Shown: positions 1 through 9,541 of the stretch, in pieces
Layout of the letters: every line of letters begins with the position of its first letter
How positions within the stretch are numbered: the first letter of the stretch is position 1
Source: Candidatus Woesearchaeota archaeon
GTDB lineage: Archaea > Nanobdellota > Nanobdellia > Woesearchaeales > UBA10216
Length of the DNA: 64,000 nt
NCBI GenBank assembly: GCA_016180195.1
Contig: JACPBS010000010.1
Coordinates: 16,687-80,686 of the forward strand
Reading direction: 5' to 3'
The notes under the pieces: model-generated
What the model was told of the DNA's origin: nothing
The model's database searches: none
Seen by the model: the letters and a program-made list of their open reading frames with translations, nothing else
Position numbers and translations under genes: made by a program

Positions 1-3
1 TGT

Positions 4-378
4 ATGTTAACGCAATCAAGGCCGAAAAGGAGCTCTTCAGGCTCCAGGTATATCAAGGCAAGGGATAAGCGGCTGTTTGAGTCTGGTAACGTGCCCACGC
101 ACACAAGGATTGGGGACCGGCAGACCAAGCTTGTAAGGGTCAAGGGTGGGGGCCTCAAGTTTAGGACGATAAATTCTAACATGGTTAATGTCCTTGATCC
201 GAAATCGAAGTCTTACAGGAAGGCAGCGATCAAGACAGTGGTTGACAACCCTGCAAGCAAGCACTTTATAAGGAGAAACATCATGACAAGAGGTACTGTT
301 ATCGAGACTGAGCTTGGCAAGGCAAGGGTCACTAACAGGCCTGGCCAGGAAGGAATGATAAACGCAGTCCTTATATGA
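4..378 (+). CDS. rps8e: 30S ribosomal protein S8e
   Basis: Translation (SRPKRSSSGSRYIKARDKR...GKARVTNRPGQEGMINAVLI) matches the S8e family end to end. Size about 124 aa. Confidence 0.85.
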   Translation: MLTQSRPKRSSSGSRYIKARDKRLFESGNVPTHTRIGDRQTKLVRVKGGGLKFRTINSNMVNVLDPKSKSYRKAAIKTVVDNPASKHFIRRNIMTRGTVIETELGKARVTNRPGQEGMINAVLI

Positions 379-1046
379 GATCTTTTTTTATTGAGGCAAG
401 GCTGAATAATAGCATTATCCTTTCTGATGAGCATCTTAGCGTGCTTCCCGCGAAAGTTGGACTTGCAGCTTCTGTGCAGCATGTTCACAGGATTGGCGAG
501 TTGAAGAAGCAGATAGAGAGTTCTGGAAGAGAGGCTGTGCTGTTAAAAGGCTTTCATTCCTTGCATGAAGGGCAGACCCTTGGCTGTGATTTTCCGACTG
601 CTGTTGAAGGGGTTGATGCCGTTGTCTTTGTTGGGACCGGGAAATTTCATTCGCTGGGTTTGTTGAAGGCGGGAAAGGCTGTCTTCATTTCTGACCCGGT
701 AAACATGACATTTCATAAGGCTGACTTGAAGGAGCATGAGAGGCATGAAAAAAGGAGGAAGGCTGCTGCCCTTAAATTCCTGCATTCAACTGAGATCGGT
801 GTTTTGGTCTCTACAAAGCCAGGCCAGCTCAATCTCAATGCTGCAGAGGCGCTGAAGGGCGTATTCAGGGAAAAGAATTTCTATTTCCTTTTGTTTGATA
901 CGGTTGATTTTTCAGAGCTCGAGAATTTTCCTTTTATTGAGTGCTATGTTAACACTGCCTGCCCAAGGATTATGGATGATTATGGCAAGTTTCCAAAGCC
1001 TGTTATCAACCTGGTGGAAGTCCTGAAATTGGCGGATGGTGGTTAA
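375..1046 (+). CDS. dph2: Dph2-like diphthamide synthesis radical-SAM enzyme, two-domain form (N-terminal domain absent)
   Basis: Strong similarity to archaeal Dph2 domains 2-3: FVGTGKFHSLGL, ELENFPFIECYVNTACPRIMDDYGKFPKPV. The ORF cannot extend upstream because it overlaps the S8e stop. Only 223 aa against about 340 aa for canonical Dph2. Confidence 0.6.
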   Translation: MRSFFIEARLNNSIILSDEHLSVLPAKVGLAASVQHVHRIGELKKQIESSGREAVLLKGFHSLHEGQTLGCDFPTAVEGVDAVVFVGTGKFHSLGLLKAGKAVFISDPVNMTFHKADLKEHERHEKRRKAAALKFLHSTEIGVLVSTKPGQLNLNAAEALKGVFREKNFYFLLFDTVDFSELENFPFIECYVNTACPRIMDDYGKFPKPVINLVEVLKLADGG

Positions 1047-1104
1047 TCGTAGTTGAAATACGAATTGCGGGCAATAAAAAAGAGAGCAACAGAGCGTCGT
1101 TCGT

Positions 1105-1235
1105 TTTAGTCGTGCGCTGGGGAGGGTTGTTCCCCAATTTGAGCAAAGCTCAAATTGGCCCATTCAGCCGCAGCTGAATTGGGCTTCGGAAACCCCCAGA
1201 GCCTTTCCTACAGGAAAGGCGTCGCACCATAAGGA
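1105..1235. ncRNA. Structured element R1, a divergent member of the A/B repeat family (strand not determined)
   Basis: Perfect hairpins CCAAUUUGAGC-AAA-GCUCAAAUUGG, AUUCAGC-CGCA-GCUGAAU and GCCUUUCC-UACA-GGAAAGGC. They are flanked by GUGCG...CGCAC. Hairpin order and flanks parallel the insert of element A at 50040-50100, with compensatory base changes. Confidence 0.4.
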
Positions 1236-1276
1236 AAAGAACTTCAGAAAGCTAACTACTTAATTTTTATCCAAAC

Positions 1277-1288
1277 ATTTAAATAGGT
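1277..1288 (+). promoter_or_regulatory. TATA-like box (tttaaata) about 25 nt upstream of the aIF-1A ATG, consistent with a leaderless transcript
   Basis: AT-rich TATA-like motif at the canonical archaeal distance from the start codon at 1310. Confidence 0.3.
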
Positions 1289-1309
1289 ACTGCCCGGACA
1301 CGCATTCCA

Positions 1310-1654
1310 ATGGGTTTGAAAAAGCAGCAGGAGGAGCAGCAGGAGGAACTGCAGCAGGAGATTAGCAGGACCAAGCTTCCTAGGGGAAAGGAAACTTTCG
1401 GGGTTGTCGAGCAGAGATTGGGTGGCACAAGGATGAAGACCCGGTGCCTGGATGGCAAGACCCGCGTCTGCAGGATTCCTGGAAGGCTTAAGAGGAAGCT
1501 TTGGGTCAGGGAGGGTGACATTGTGCTTGTCGAGCCCTGGGAGCTTTCAGGCGATGAAAAGGGGGATATAATTTTCAAGTACAGGAAGGCCCAGATACAG
1601 TGGCTTAAGAAGCAGGGCTATCTCAAGGGTATGGAGGAGTTTGAGGAGTTCTAG
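1310..1654 (+). CDS. eif1a: Translation initiation factor 1A (aIF-1A)
   Basis: GVVEQRLGGTRMKTRCLDGKTRVCRIPGRLKRKLWVREGDIVLVEPWE is the typical eIF-1A OB-fold sequence. Confidence 0.85.
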   Translation: MGLKKQQEEQQEELQQEISRTKLPRGKETFGVVEQRLGGTRMKTRCLDGKTRVCRIPGRLKRKLWVREGDIVLVEPWELSGDEKGDIIFKYRKAQIQWLKKQGYLKGMEEFEEF

Positions 1655-1928
1655 ATTTTAAAACATAATTCACGACTGCAGTCACTAACCCCTTGATGTT
1701 TGAATCGGTGATGGGTTTATTGTTGTATTGCTCCAATATCGGACTCAAGGTGTTGTCCTTGGATTTTATGATTGTTTCAACGTGAATAACATTTCTATCA
1801 TGCATGACATCAATTCCTATAAATTCTTGATCATGATCAGTCATTATTAACTTCGGTTCTTGACAATAATCTATCGTTATTAACTCCACAAAATTATTTG
1901 TTCCACGGAATTTATTGCGTGCTGCGGA

Positions 1929-2570
1929 TTATTTGTTTAAAGCCTCATTTATGGCTTTCTCAAACACAGGGTAAGGTTGAGCCCCTTCGATTAGCTTGCC
2001 GTTTATGAAGAAAGCGGGAGTGCCCGAAACCCCGTAAGCGATGCCGTCATCAAGGTCCTTCTGCACTTCTGATGAGAATTTGCCTGAGTCAAGGCATGAG
2101 TCGAATATTCCCCCGTCAATCCCGATTTCCCTTGCGTATTTTTTCAGGTTTTCCTTGTCGAGGGCGTTCTGGTTCTCGAATAGCTTGTCGTGGTACTGCC
2201 AGAATTTTGATTGCTCGTTTGCGCAGTTTGCGGCTTCGGCTGCGATTTTTGAGTTTGCGTGAAAGGAAAGCGGGAAATCCCTAAGGACAAACCTTGCCTT
2301 GCCTGTGTTGATAAAGTCTTTCTCTATTAATGGCAGGGTTTGCTGCGAGAATCTTCCGCAGTACGGGCATTGGAAGTCAGTGAATCCCACTATGGTTACA
2401 GGTGCGTTTTTTGCTCCGAGCGCAGGATCATTATCTTCGCTTATTGTCGTTTTCCCGGAATTGTCCTCAGGACTTATCTTTCCGTAAAGCATGATGATGC
2501 CTGCTACGCTGGCTATGGAAAGGACAAGGGATATTATGATGAGCGCAATTGCAATATTGTTCTTGACCAT
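1929..2570 (-). CDS. Membrane-anchored DsbA-family thiol:disulfide oxidoreductase
   Basis: N-terminal TM helix followed by a thioredoxin fold with a CPYC active site (FTDFQCPYCGRF) and DsbA-like length. Confidence 0.75.
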   Translation of the reverse strand: MVKNNIAIALIIISLVLSIASVAGIIMLYGKISPEDNSGKTTISEDNDPALGAKNAPVTIVGFTDFQCPYCGRFSQQTLPLIEKDFINTGKARFVLRDFPLSFHANSKIAAEAANCANEQSKFWQYHDKLFENQNALDKENLKKYAREIGIDGGIFDSCLDSGKFSSEVQKDLDDGIAYGVSGTPAFFINGKLIEGAQPYPVFEKAINEALNK

Positions 2571-2620
2571 AAGCTTTACAATTATTGTAATACTTTAAAT
2601 ATTTTTTGGTTTGAGTGTTT

Positions 2621-3061
2621 TTAGTCTTTTGTTTTCAGGTAATGAATTACCAGCAGGATGATTCCTATGCTTATGCTTGCGTCCGCTACGTTGAATGCGG
2701 GCCAAAACCCGAAGTCAATGAAATCTATAACATGGCCCCGGAATATCCTGTCTATTATGTTCCCTGTCGTTCCTCCGAGGATTAGGCCAACTCCGATTTT
2801 CGCGGTCTTGCTTTTTGTTTTTCTGTAGAACAGTAGTATTGCTGCGGAAAATGCGATGCCGATGATTCCCAGGATGAGCGATGAGTTCTTGAAGAGCCCG
2901 AATGCAGCACCTGTATTTTTAACAAGTTGTATCTTGAGAAGCCCAAGATCTATTGGGTAGGAAAGCTTGTTTGCAAGAAATTTCGAAAGCTGGTCTATGG
3001 CAACTATTGCTGCGGTCAGCAAAAGCAGGGCTTTACCATCCTCTTTTCCTGAAATATTCAT
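2621..3061 (-). CDS. lspA: Lipoprotein signal peptidase (signal peptidase II)
   Basis: LspA motifs NTGAAFG, GGTTGNIIDR and FNVAD. Four predicted TM segments. Confidence 0.8.
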   Translation of the reverse strand: MNISGKEDGKALLLLTAAIVAIDQLSKFLANKLSYPIDLGLLKIQLVKNTGAAFGLFKNSSLILGIIGIAFSAAILLFYRKTKSKTAKIGVGLILGGTTGNIIDRIFRGHVIDFIDFGFWPAFNVADASISIGIILLVIHYLKTKD

Positions 3062-3356
3062 CCCCCTGCATCATGCGTTCCACGTTTGCCATCCTCTGGT
3101 TCAGGCTGTCCATTGCCGCCTTGAGGGCATCCAGCTTGGCTGACACTACCTCCAGCTGTTTGCTTGCTGCGTATGAGCTGTTGTTTTGGAAGGCGTCAAT
3201 CTGCTGGGGCATGTATGACTGTGGTTGCGGGTAGGTGCTTTGGGGTGGAACCCAGCTCTGCTGCGGGTCTGGAATTGGCTCCTGCTGGCCAACACCCATG
3301 TCCATTGTTAGCTCATCATTTTTTTTCCAGAACATCAGCTTGTTGAAAAAGCCCAT
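3033..3356 (-). CDS. Hypothetical Gln/Pro-rich coiled-coil protein
   Basis: ORF with a low-complexity P/Q stretch then a heptad-like C-terminus. Overlaps the lspA 3' end by 29 nt. No family recognised. Confidence 0.3.
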   Translation of the reverse strand: MGFFNKLMFWKKNDELTMDMGVGQQEPIPDPQQSWVPPQSTYPQPQSYMPQQIDAFQNNSSYAASKQLEVVSAKLDALKAAMDSLNQRMANVERMMQGDEYFRKRGW

Positions 3357-3368
3357 GATTTTTTCACC

Positions 3369-6300
3369 TCAAATATCTGATCTCTTGATTGTCAGTATCC
3401 TTATGATGCCATTTATAATCTTTTTGAAAAGATTCTCTTCAGCGCCCATTTCTTTTTTTTCGGGCCGGGCATGTTCCTCGGTGATGTTGATCATCACGTT
3501 GTTGGATTTTACCGTGTGTTTTTTGTTGAGGTAGGAAAAAGTAGCGGTTGCCTCAGGCAGCTCCATTTCGTTTGCCTTTATCTTGTATGAGACCTTTTCC
3601 TCTTTTCCGGGCGCGAGGGATATGTTCCATGCCCTGCCTGAGTCTTTCAGTTCAGCTTCGAGCGCTGATTCATGGGTGCTCCTTAAGGTCAGGGTGATTG
3701 TTATCTCGTCTCCTGCTTTTGCATCTTGCTTTGATGAGCTCTTTTCCAGCGATGCAAATGATTTTTCAGATACTTCAACCATGGGGCTCGTTTCTGCGGA
3801 TACTGTATAGTTGTGGTTCCCATAAACGTAGCTTGCAGTGGGCTTCTCAAGCAGTGTGCTGCCTGTTTTGGAAAGCGAGATGTTGGACTTCAGCGTTCTT
3901 TCACCTGTAAGCCCGGCAATAACCCACTGGCTTTCGCCGTCTGTTATTTTTACGTCAAGCGGGGCTTCCTGAAGGTTTATGACCCTTATGGCGATCTCTA
4001 TTGGATCTAAGTTGTTTGCCTTTTCAGGAGCTGTCTTCTCCAGCTTTAGAAGGGGTTTGCTTATAACCTCTATGGTTTTGGAGTTTGAGGCTGTGTATAG
4101 GCGCAGGTTTTGATAGGTGTACGTTGCAGTTGCAGGGGGTATTTCAAAAGGGCCTGGCTCGGGTATTGACATGGTGTCATTTCTCGAGTATTCGGAATTG
4201 GGTTGGACCTGTAAGCTGAACTTCTCGTTCCCATTGATGATCTCGGCGTTGGCAGCCTCGCTGCCTATATTCCTCACGTTAAGGGTTACATTGAACTTGT
4301 CAGTGTTGTTTGCCTTTTCGGATGAATTTTTTGTGAGGATAAGGGCAGGGCCGTAGATGGGGGTTGTCTTTACCTTCAGGGAGGTGGTGGTGTGGTTGTA
4401 AGTGTAGTTGCTTCCTTGTCCGTCGGTGTAGGTTAAGTATGGCTTTAGGAGCACGCGGGTATCATTGAGCTTGGGCCTTATCTTGTGCTTCGATGTCAGG
4501 TAAACAGATTCCCCGGGGTCTATGTCAGGGATCTCCATGCTGGTGATGCCTATGGTGTCGAATTCCGGCTGCAAGGGGAAATGCAGCACAACCCCTTTTG
4601 CGGTTCTCGTGTCGCTTGGGTTTCTTATGACATAGTTTATCTCGCTTTCGTGTCCGGTATAGAATTCAGTGTCTGGAAATGTTGATGTTACTGAAAGCGG
4701 GAATTTTGCTGGAAGCACGGTTATCTTTGTCTCTTTTGAGATATTGTAGTGGCGTATTTCGGAGAATAGGAATTCATTTCCTGAGTCTGAGTACTCTGCA
4801 TTTGTGCGGATCTGGAATGTTTTTTCCTGGTTGACTTTCGGGGCTGTCACCTCATACGTGTAGACTGTGAGGGTGTCTTTTTTTGGAATGCTGATAGATG
4901 ATGAGCTGGTTTGGCCGTATCGGTCGAATTCGGGCGGGATCGTGTCGAATACATTGACATTGTTTATCCCTGTCAGGCGTGGGTTGTTCATTGTTACGGT
5001 AAAGGTGAATGTCTCTCCGCTTTCAACCGAGGTTTTTGATGGTATGTGGTTTATGGTCAGGTCCCTGATGTTTGTTACAGATATGGTGCTCTTCAGGGAT
5101 TTGGCGAATTTTCCCCCGTTAATGTTGTATGTCATGTTGATGTCGATAGGAAAGCCTGTTGTCGAGGAGGTGTTTGGGGCGTAAATTTCCTTTTCGATCG
5201 CGAGCACCTGGACGCCCTTCCCTATCTCGCTGAAATATACATCGGGAAGGTAGCCTACTCCGGTGTATGCGGACACGAGAACATCCTTGATGGGGGCGTA
5301 TGGGTTGAGGTTCTGGACCCAGATCTTTGCCTTGAAAAGCTGGTTTGATTCTATGACTGCATCATTAATGTTTGTTCTTATGGCAACTCCGGCGTCGGAT
5401 ACCTTTACTTCCTTTTTTGTTTCCTGCATTTCAAGATTTTCCTGTGTTGTCAAGTCGGCATATGATGCCCTTATGATTATCTGGGACGCTCCAATGCTGC
5501 CGCTTGAAATGTCAAAAGTGAAAGGCTTGGAAAAGAACCTGTTATTGCTAAGGTTCCTTTTCCTGATCTCGCCAGACCACTTGAACATTCCCTTTCCTGT
5601 CTTTGTAAACTGAAGGGGAGGATAAACGGTGATGTCTGGGCTGAACTCGATTTCAACTGTTGCATTTATACTGTTGTTTCCTTTGTTCGTAATGTTTATC
5701 GTAAAATTATTTGGCTGGCCCACGTATGTTGATGTTTTCCCCACCCCTGATTCTATAAGGAGGAAGTGTGCTGCGTTGATTGTTTGCTCGGAGGAGTATG
5801 CGTTCCTGGTCACGTAACCATCAAAATAGGAAAGGGTTGCTTTTGTGACTTGTTTTGCCTGCTTCTTGGCCTTTATCTTGTATTCGATCTCTTTTGTGCC
5901 TGACCTGCCGATTATTCCTGACCAGGAGACCATGTGGTTTGAGGCGTATGCGCCGTCAACATCGTACACCTCGAACGAATCTGAAAAAGAATCTTGGAAC
6001 GAGGCGTTCCTTGCAACCCCTCCTGTATTTGTCAGGGTGACAGTGAATGTTGCCTCCTCTCCTACCACCAGCTCGCTTTTTGAAACCGATCTTGTAATTG
6101 TGATCGAGGGTATCGTTGAGATTGCCCTTATAGATATCCTTTTCTTCTTTGCGGTGTAGTCGAAGTCAATATTGTCAAGGCAGACTCTGAAATAATCCGT
6201 TGATTCGCAGCTGTTGTTCGTTATTTCCAGCGAGCCCTTTCCGTAATCGGCGATTATTCCGTTTTCCGAGAGGTGGATAAAAATGACCTGCTTGTCAACA

Positions 6301-6407
6301 GTCAGTGAATTGCCCGAATATACGTAGCCTGCGAATACCTGGGAATCAGCTCTTGCAGCGAGCGCGAGCGTGATTAGGATTAACAGGATTATTGGCTCAC
6401 GTCTCAT
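3369..6407 (-). CDS. Large (1012 aa) secreted multi-domain surface protein, S-layer or adhesin-like
   Basis: N-terminal signal peptide (ILLILITLALAARA). Long array of beta-rich T/S/N-rich segments with many N-x-T/S sequons. C-terminal hydrophobic and basic tail. Confidence 0.6.
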   Translation of the reverse strand: MRREPIILLILITLALAARADSQVFAGYVYSGNSLTVDKQVIFIHLSENGIIADYGKGSLEITNNSCESTDYFRVCLDNIDFDYTAKKKRISIRAISTIPSITITRSVSKSELVVGEEATFTVTLTNTGGVARNASFQDSFSDSFEVYDVDGAYASNHMVSWSGIIGRSGTKEIEYKIKAKKQAKQVTKATLSYFDGYVTRNAYSSEQTINAAHFLLIESGVGKTSTYVGQPNNFTINITNKGNNSINATVEIEFSPDITVYPPLQFTKTGKGMFKWSGEIRKRNLSNNRFFSKPFTFDISSGSIGASQIIIRASYADLTTQENLEMQETKKEVKVSDAGVAIRTNINDAVIESNQLFKAKIWVQNLNPYAPIKDVLVSAYTGVGYLPDVYFSEIGKGVQVLAIEKEIYAPNTSSTTGFPIDINMTYNINGGKFAKSLKSTISVTNIRDLTINHIPSKTSVESGETFTFTVTMNNPRLTGINNVNVFDTIPPEFDRYGQTSSSSISIPKKDTLTVYTYEVTAPKVNQEKTFQIRTNAEYSDSGNEFLFSEIRHYNISKETKITVLPAKFPLSVTSTFPDTEFYTGHESEINYVIRNPSDTRTAKGVVLHFPLQPEFDTIGITSMEIPDIDPGESVYLTSKHKIRPKLNDTRVLLKPYLTYTDGQGSNYTYNHTTTSLKVKTTPIYGPALILTKNSSEKANNTDKFNVTLNVRNIGSEAANAEIINGNEKFSLQVQPNSEYSRNDTMSIPEPGPFEIPPATATYTYQNLRLYTASNSKTIEVISKPLLKLEKTAPEKANNLDPIEIAIRVINLQEAPLDVKITDGESQWVIAGLTGERTLKSNISLSKTGSTLLEKPTASYVYGNHNYTVSAETSPMVEVSEKSFASLEKSSSKQDAKAGDEITITLTLRSTHESALEAELKDSGRAWNISLAPGKEEKVSYKIKANEMELPEATATFSYLNKKHTVKSNNVMINITEEHARPEKKEMGAEENLFKKIINGIIRILTIKRSDI

Positions 6408-6964
6408 TTTTTCCCTGCCAAAGCTGTAGCTTTATCGAATGTCGTTTTGATGAATCCGAATGACCCTGAGCCTGGAACGTACCGGATCAGCTTGAATGTT
6501 ATGGTTTCGGGGTATATGCGGATATCCCCTTTTTTATAGCTGGAGATGAATGATTGGGGGCTTGATAAGACTGAGGAGAGCGTTGAAGGGTCTGACGCGA
6601 AGGAGGATTTCAGCATGATGAGCTTGTAGTTGGAGCCAAGTGCCCTTGCATAATCTTTTTGTGAAATGTATCCCGAGAGATTCTGTGTTTGCTGCTCATC
6701 GAGAGGGTAAATAGACTTTCCCTTAAGGATTGCCGCGTAAATCACGCTTTCCTCCTCTTGCACCGAAACTATGCTCGGGGACTTATCAAAGTTTATCTTG
6801 AAGGTGATCGCGTCATATGCGACCGCAAGGAACAGGACTCCGATCATTATTCCTAATATGGATATCCCTATGTGAAGGATGTCGAAAGCTTCCTGAAGCA
6901 TCTTGTGCACAATAAACACTGCTGCTAGAATGATGAATACGACTATCATTATTTCTATCGGCAT
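6404..6964 (-). CDS. Hypothetical membrane protein, translationally coupled to the large surface protein
   Basis: Two N-terminal TM helices. Its stop overlaps the downstream start as ATGA. Confidence 0.45.
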   Translation of the reverse strand: MPIEIMIVVFIILAAVFIVHKMLQEAFDILHIGISILGIMIGVLFLAVAYDAITFKINFDKSPSIVSVQEEESVIYAAILKGKSIYPLDEQQTQNLSGYISQKDYARALGSNYKLIMLKSSFASDPSTLSSVLSSPQSFISSYKKGDIRIYPETITFKLIRYVPGSGSFGFIKTTFDKATALAGKK

Positions 6965-7074
6965 CAGTGCACCTCTTCCAAGGGTCTTGTTCTTTGGCAG
7001 TTAGCATATAAATTTTTCTTATTCTTATGCATGAACCGGCAGTTTTTTATTAGGAAGGCATTTAGGGTGGAATA

Positions 7075-9003
7075 ATGGTTGAACTGAAAAGAGGTTTTGG
7101 TTTCTGGACAGTTCTGTGCCTCTCGATAGGGTCAATTATGGGCACATCAATCTTCTTTGGTGCAGGGATAGGATCAAGATATTCAGGCAATCTCACAGTC
7201 ATTGCGTGGTTGTTCCTTTCGGCAATCTCGATATATATCGCTATGTGTTTCGGGGAGCTTTCAAGCATGTTTCCTAAGAGCGGAGGAACGTATGAGTTCG
7301 GCAAGCAGACTTATGGAAGGTTCATCTCTTTTATTTTAGGATGGACTTCCTGGCTTGTCGGGAACATCTCAATTGTCGTTTTGATAGTGGCTTCAACAGA
7401 TCTTCTTGTCATGGACCTTCCTGGCGACTCTTACCTGCCGATCAAGCCATTGATAGCGCTCTTCATCATTATCCTGTTCAACTTTATCGCATTTGTGGGG
7501 ATAGAGGCAACTTCCATCATGATGATACTTTTTGCGGCAATTATAATAGGGGTTATAGCTGCTATTATCGCCAAGGGGGCATTTGTTTTCAGCTTATCAG
7601 GCGATTTGTTTCTGGGGAATCCTTCGGGGATTTTCGTCACGATATTCTTCCTGCTTGAAACCTACTTTGGATGGGAGGCCGCTACATTCCTGGCTGAGGA
7701 GACCAAGGACGCAAGGAAGAACATACCGAAAGCAATCCTTATTGGAACTGTGGTAATTGCTTTACTCGGCCTTGGCATGCTCCTGGTTACCTTCTCTCTT
7801 ATTCCTGTCAATGAACTGAAAGTTATTGCCTCGCCGACAGCCGAGGTTGCAAGGATTTTGTTCGGGCAGAATGGCGGGACAATTGCCGTCGCCGGGATTT
7901 TTGCGGCTTTGTTAGGTTCAGCAGCTTCCGGAATAATCACCCTGCCAAGGCTTACGCTGGCGATGGCGAGGGACAAGATGCAGTTTGAGCAGCTTAGCGC
8001 AATACATCCAAGGTACAAGACGCCTTACAAGGCCATTTTATTCCAGACAGTTGCAACCTCAATCCTGCTCGTGATGGGTTTTGGAAATTATGGCATCCTG
8101 TTGAGCATACTCGTTCCGCTTGCCATCCTGATGTACATCCCGATCATCATGGCAGTCCCGATTTTGAGGTTTCAGAGGCCTGAGATTGAGCGTCCTTTCA
8201 GGGCGCCGTTTGGAAAGATCCTTCCATTTGTTTTGGGCGGGTTTCTTTTGGTGGCGATGATAATCAGTGTTGGCAGCATAGAGAAAGGGCCTGCTTTGCT
8301 CAATCTGAGCATTTCATTGATGGCAATGGGCCTTCCTCTTTTCCTGCTCTTTGAGCTTTATTACGACCCTAAGATGATAACCGAGGTGAATGACCTGTTT
8401 TCTTATCTTAACCTTATGACCGAGAACATCAGCTTTCCCCATAGGATCCGGAAGGACATAATGAATGTTCTCGGTGAGTTGAAGGGGAAGACTGTGCTTG
8501 AGTTTGGGTGTGGTGTTGGCACAATGACCTCAATGCTGTTGAAGGAAGTCGGTCCAAAAGGCTCTGTTTACGCAACCCATTTCTCGAAGAACGACCTTAA
8601 GATCGCGGGCAAGAGGATAGAGCAGACAAGGTGGGAGACTGAAGGCTATGTTTTCGGCACAGCACGGTTTATCCATGATTCCCAGCAGTTTTATAGGGTG
8701 CATCCGGATATAATTCGGGCGGATGTCATAGTGTCAGTTGGCATGTTAGGTTACATTCAGGATATCAAGGCGATTCTCAAGGACATGAGGGAGATACTTA
8801 CTCCTGGAGGGAGCATTTGTTTTGTGGAATACTCTGACCTTATGCATCTTCTTCCCTCTGTTAGCTGGCTGGGTAATGACAGGAAGATTGAGGAGCTTTT
8901 TAGGGAGGCGGGATTTTCAGTGAGGGTTACCCGTCACAAGGGGCTATTCTGGAACAGGATTTTCATCTATGGCGTTAAGTATAAGGGGATTGTTGTGATT
9001 TGA
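7075..9003 (+). CDS. APC-family amino-acid permease fused to a C-terminal class I SAM-dependent methyltransferase domain
   Basis: About 430 aa with 12 TM helices and a permease-like profile. The cytosolic C-terminal domain carries MTase motif I (VLEFGCGVGTMTS) and a post-I acidic residue. Confidence 0.7.
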   Translation: MVELKRGFGFWTVLCLSIGSIMGTSIFFGAGIGSRYSGNLTVIAWLFLSAISIYIAMCFGELSSMFPKSGGTYEFGKQTYGRFISFILGWTSWLVGNISIVVLIVASTDLLVMDLPGDSYLPIKPLIALFIIILFNFIAFVGIEATSIMMILFAAIIIGVIAAIIAKGAFVFSLSGDLFLGNPSGIFVTIFFLLETYFGWEAATFLAEETKDARKNIPKAILIGTVVIALLGLGMLLVTFSLIPVNELKVIASPTAEVARILFGQNGGTIAVAGIFAALLGSAASGIITLPRLTLAMARDKMQFEQLSAIHPRYKTPYKAILFQTVATSILLVMGFGNYGILLSILVPLAILMYIPIIMAVPILRFQRPEIERPFRAPFGKILPFVLGGFLLVAMIISVGSIEKGPALLNLSISLMAMGLPLFLLFELYYDPKMITEVNDLFSYLNLMTENISFPHRIRKDIMNVLGELKGKTVLEFGCGVGTMTSMLLKEVGPKGSVYATHFSKNDLKIAGKRIEQTRWETEGYVFGTARFIHDSQQFYRVHPDIIRADVIVSVGMLGYIQDIKAILKDMREILTPGGSICFVEYSDLMHLLPSVSWLGNDRKIEELFREAGFSVRVTRHKGLFWNRIFIYGVKYKGIVVI

Positions 9004-9024
9004 CTGCTACGGGGCAAAAAAGCT

Positions 9025-9354
9025 TTATGCTTGGAAAGGGCCTTGACCCATTCTTGTTTCCAGGCTCTCCATTCTTGCCTTTGCTGCCTGCCAAAAATGC
9101 CTGTGCTTTTCCATTGAATTCTCATACCAGTAACGGGCTTCTTCCAGATAGTTTTTGGCCTGGTCAGGATCTCCTGTCAGGCTTTCCTCCACTAAGTCGA
9201 GAATGCAGTTGAGGCCGAGGCCATAAGTTCCGCTGCCACACCTAATTATTTTCTTGTGCATCCTCTCGCTGTCATAGCCAACGCAGACTATTGGGCATTG
9301 CCCTTTATAGTCCTCACAGGATTTAGTGCTGACCTGCCGGGCTCTATAAATCAT
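9025..9354 (-). CDS. Hypothetical Cys-containing small protein, paralogue of 9542-9844
   Basis: Shares the C-terminal helix motif (EEARYWYEN vs AEAAYWLEN) with the upstream ORF. No family recognised. Confidence 0.35.
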   Translation of the reverse strand: MIYRARQVSTKSCEDYKGQCPIVCVGYDSERMHKKIIRCGSGTYGLGLNCILDLVEESLTGDPDQAKNYLEEARYWYENSMEKHRHFWQAAKARMESLETRMGQGPFQA

Positions 9355-9541
9355 TTCTGCAAGCTTGTTCCTGTCTTCTTCCCGAACATCCTAGTTGAAC
9401 ATCGGGTGCCCCATCATGATGGACTTTACATCGTCGTAGTGGGGGCAAAGGGTGCTGAAAATCTCCCCGAACTCATCAATCTCAGAATCAATGAGGTACA
9501 TCAGGAGCCTAATTATGGTTGGAAGTTTTATCATAAAAATT

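Noticed and set aside
2041-2624. Plus-strand ORFs antisense to dsbA and other antisense ORFs such as 11142-11699 within EF-2
   Set aside because: Low-complexity, R/S/P-rich translations typical of the antisense frames of real genes. The opposite-strand genes have strong homology.
9355-9541. In-frame TAG at about 9389 joining a 47-aa ORF to ORF 9025-9354 (possible readthrough, Pyl or pseudogene)
   Set aside because: The downstream ORF alone is collinear with its 100-aa paralogue (9542-9844). The 47-aa piece has no counterpart. Frame agreement has a 1-in-3 chance, and no Pyl machinery is evident.
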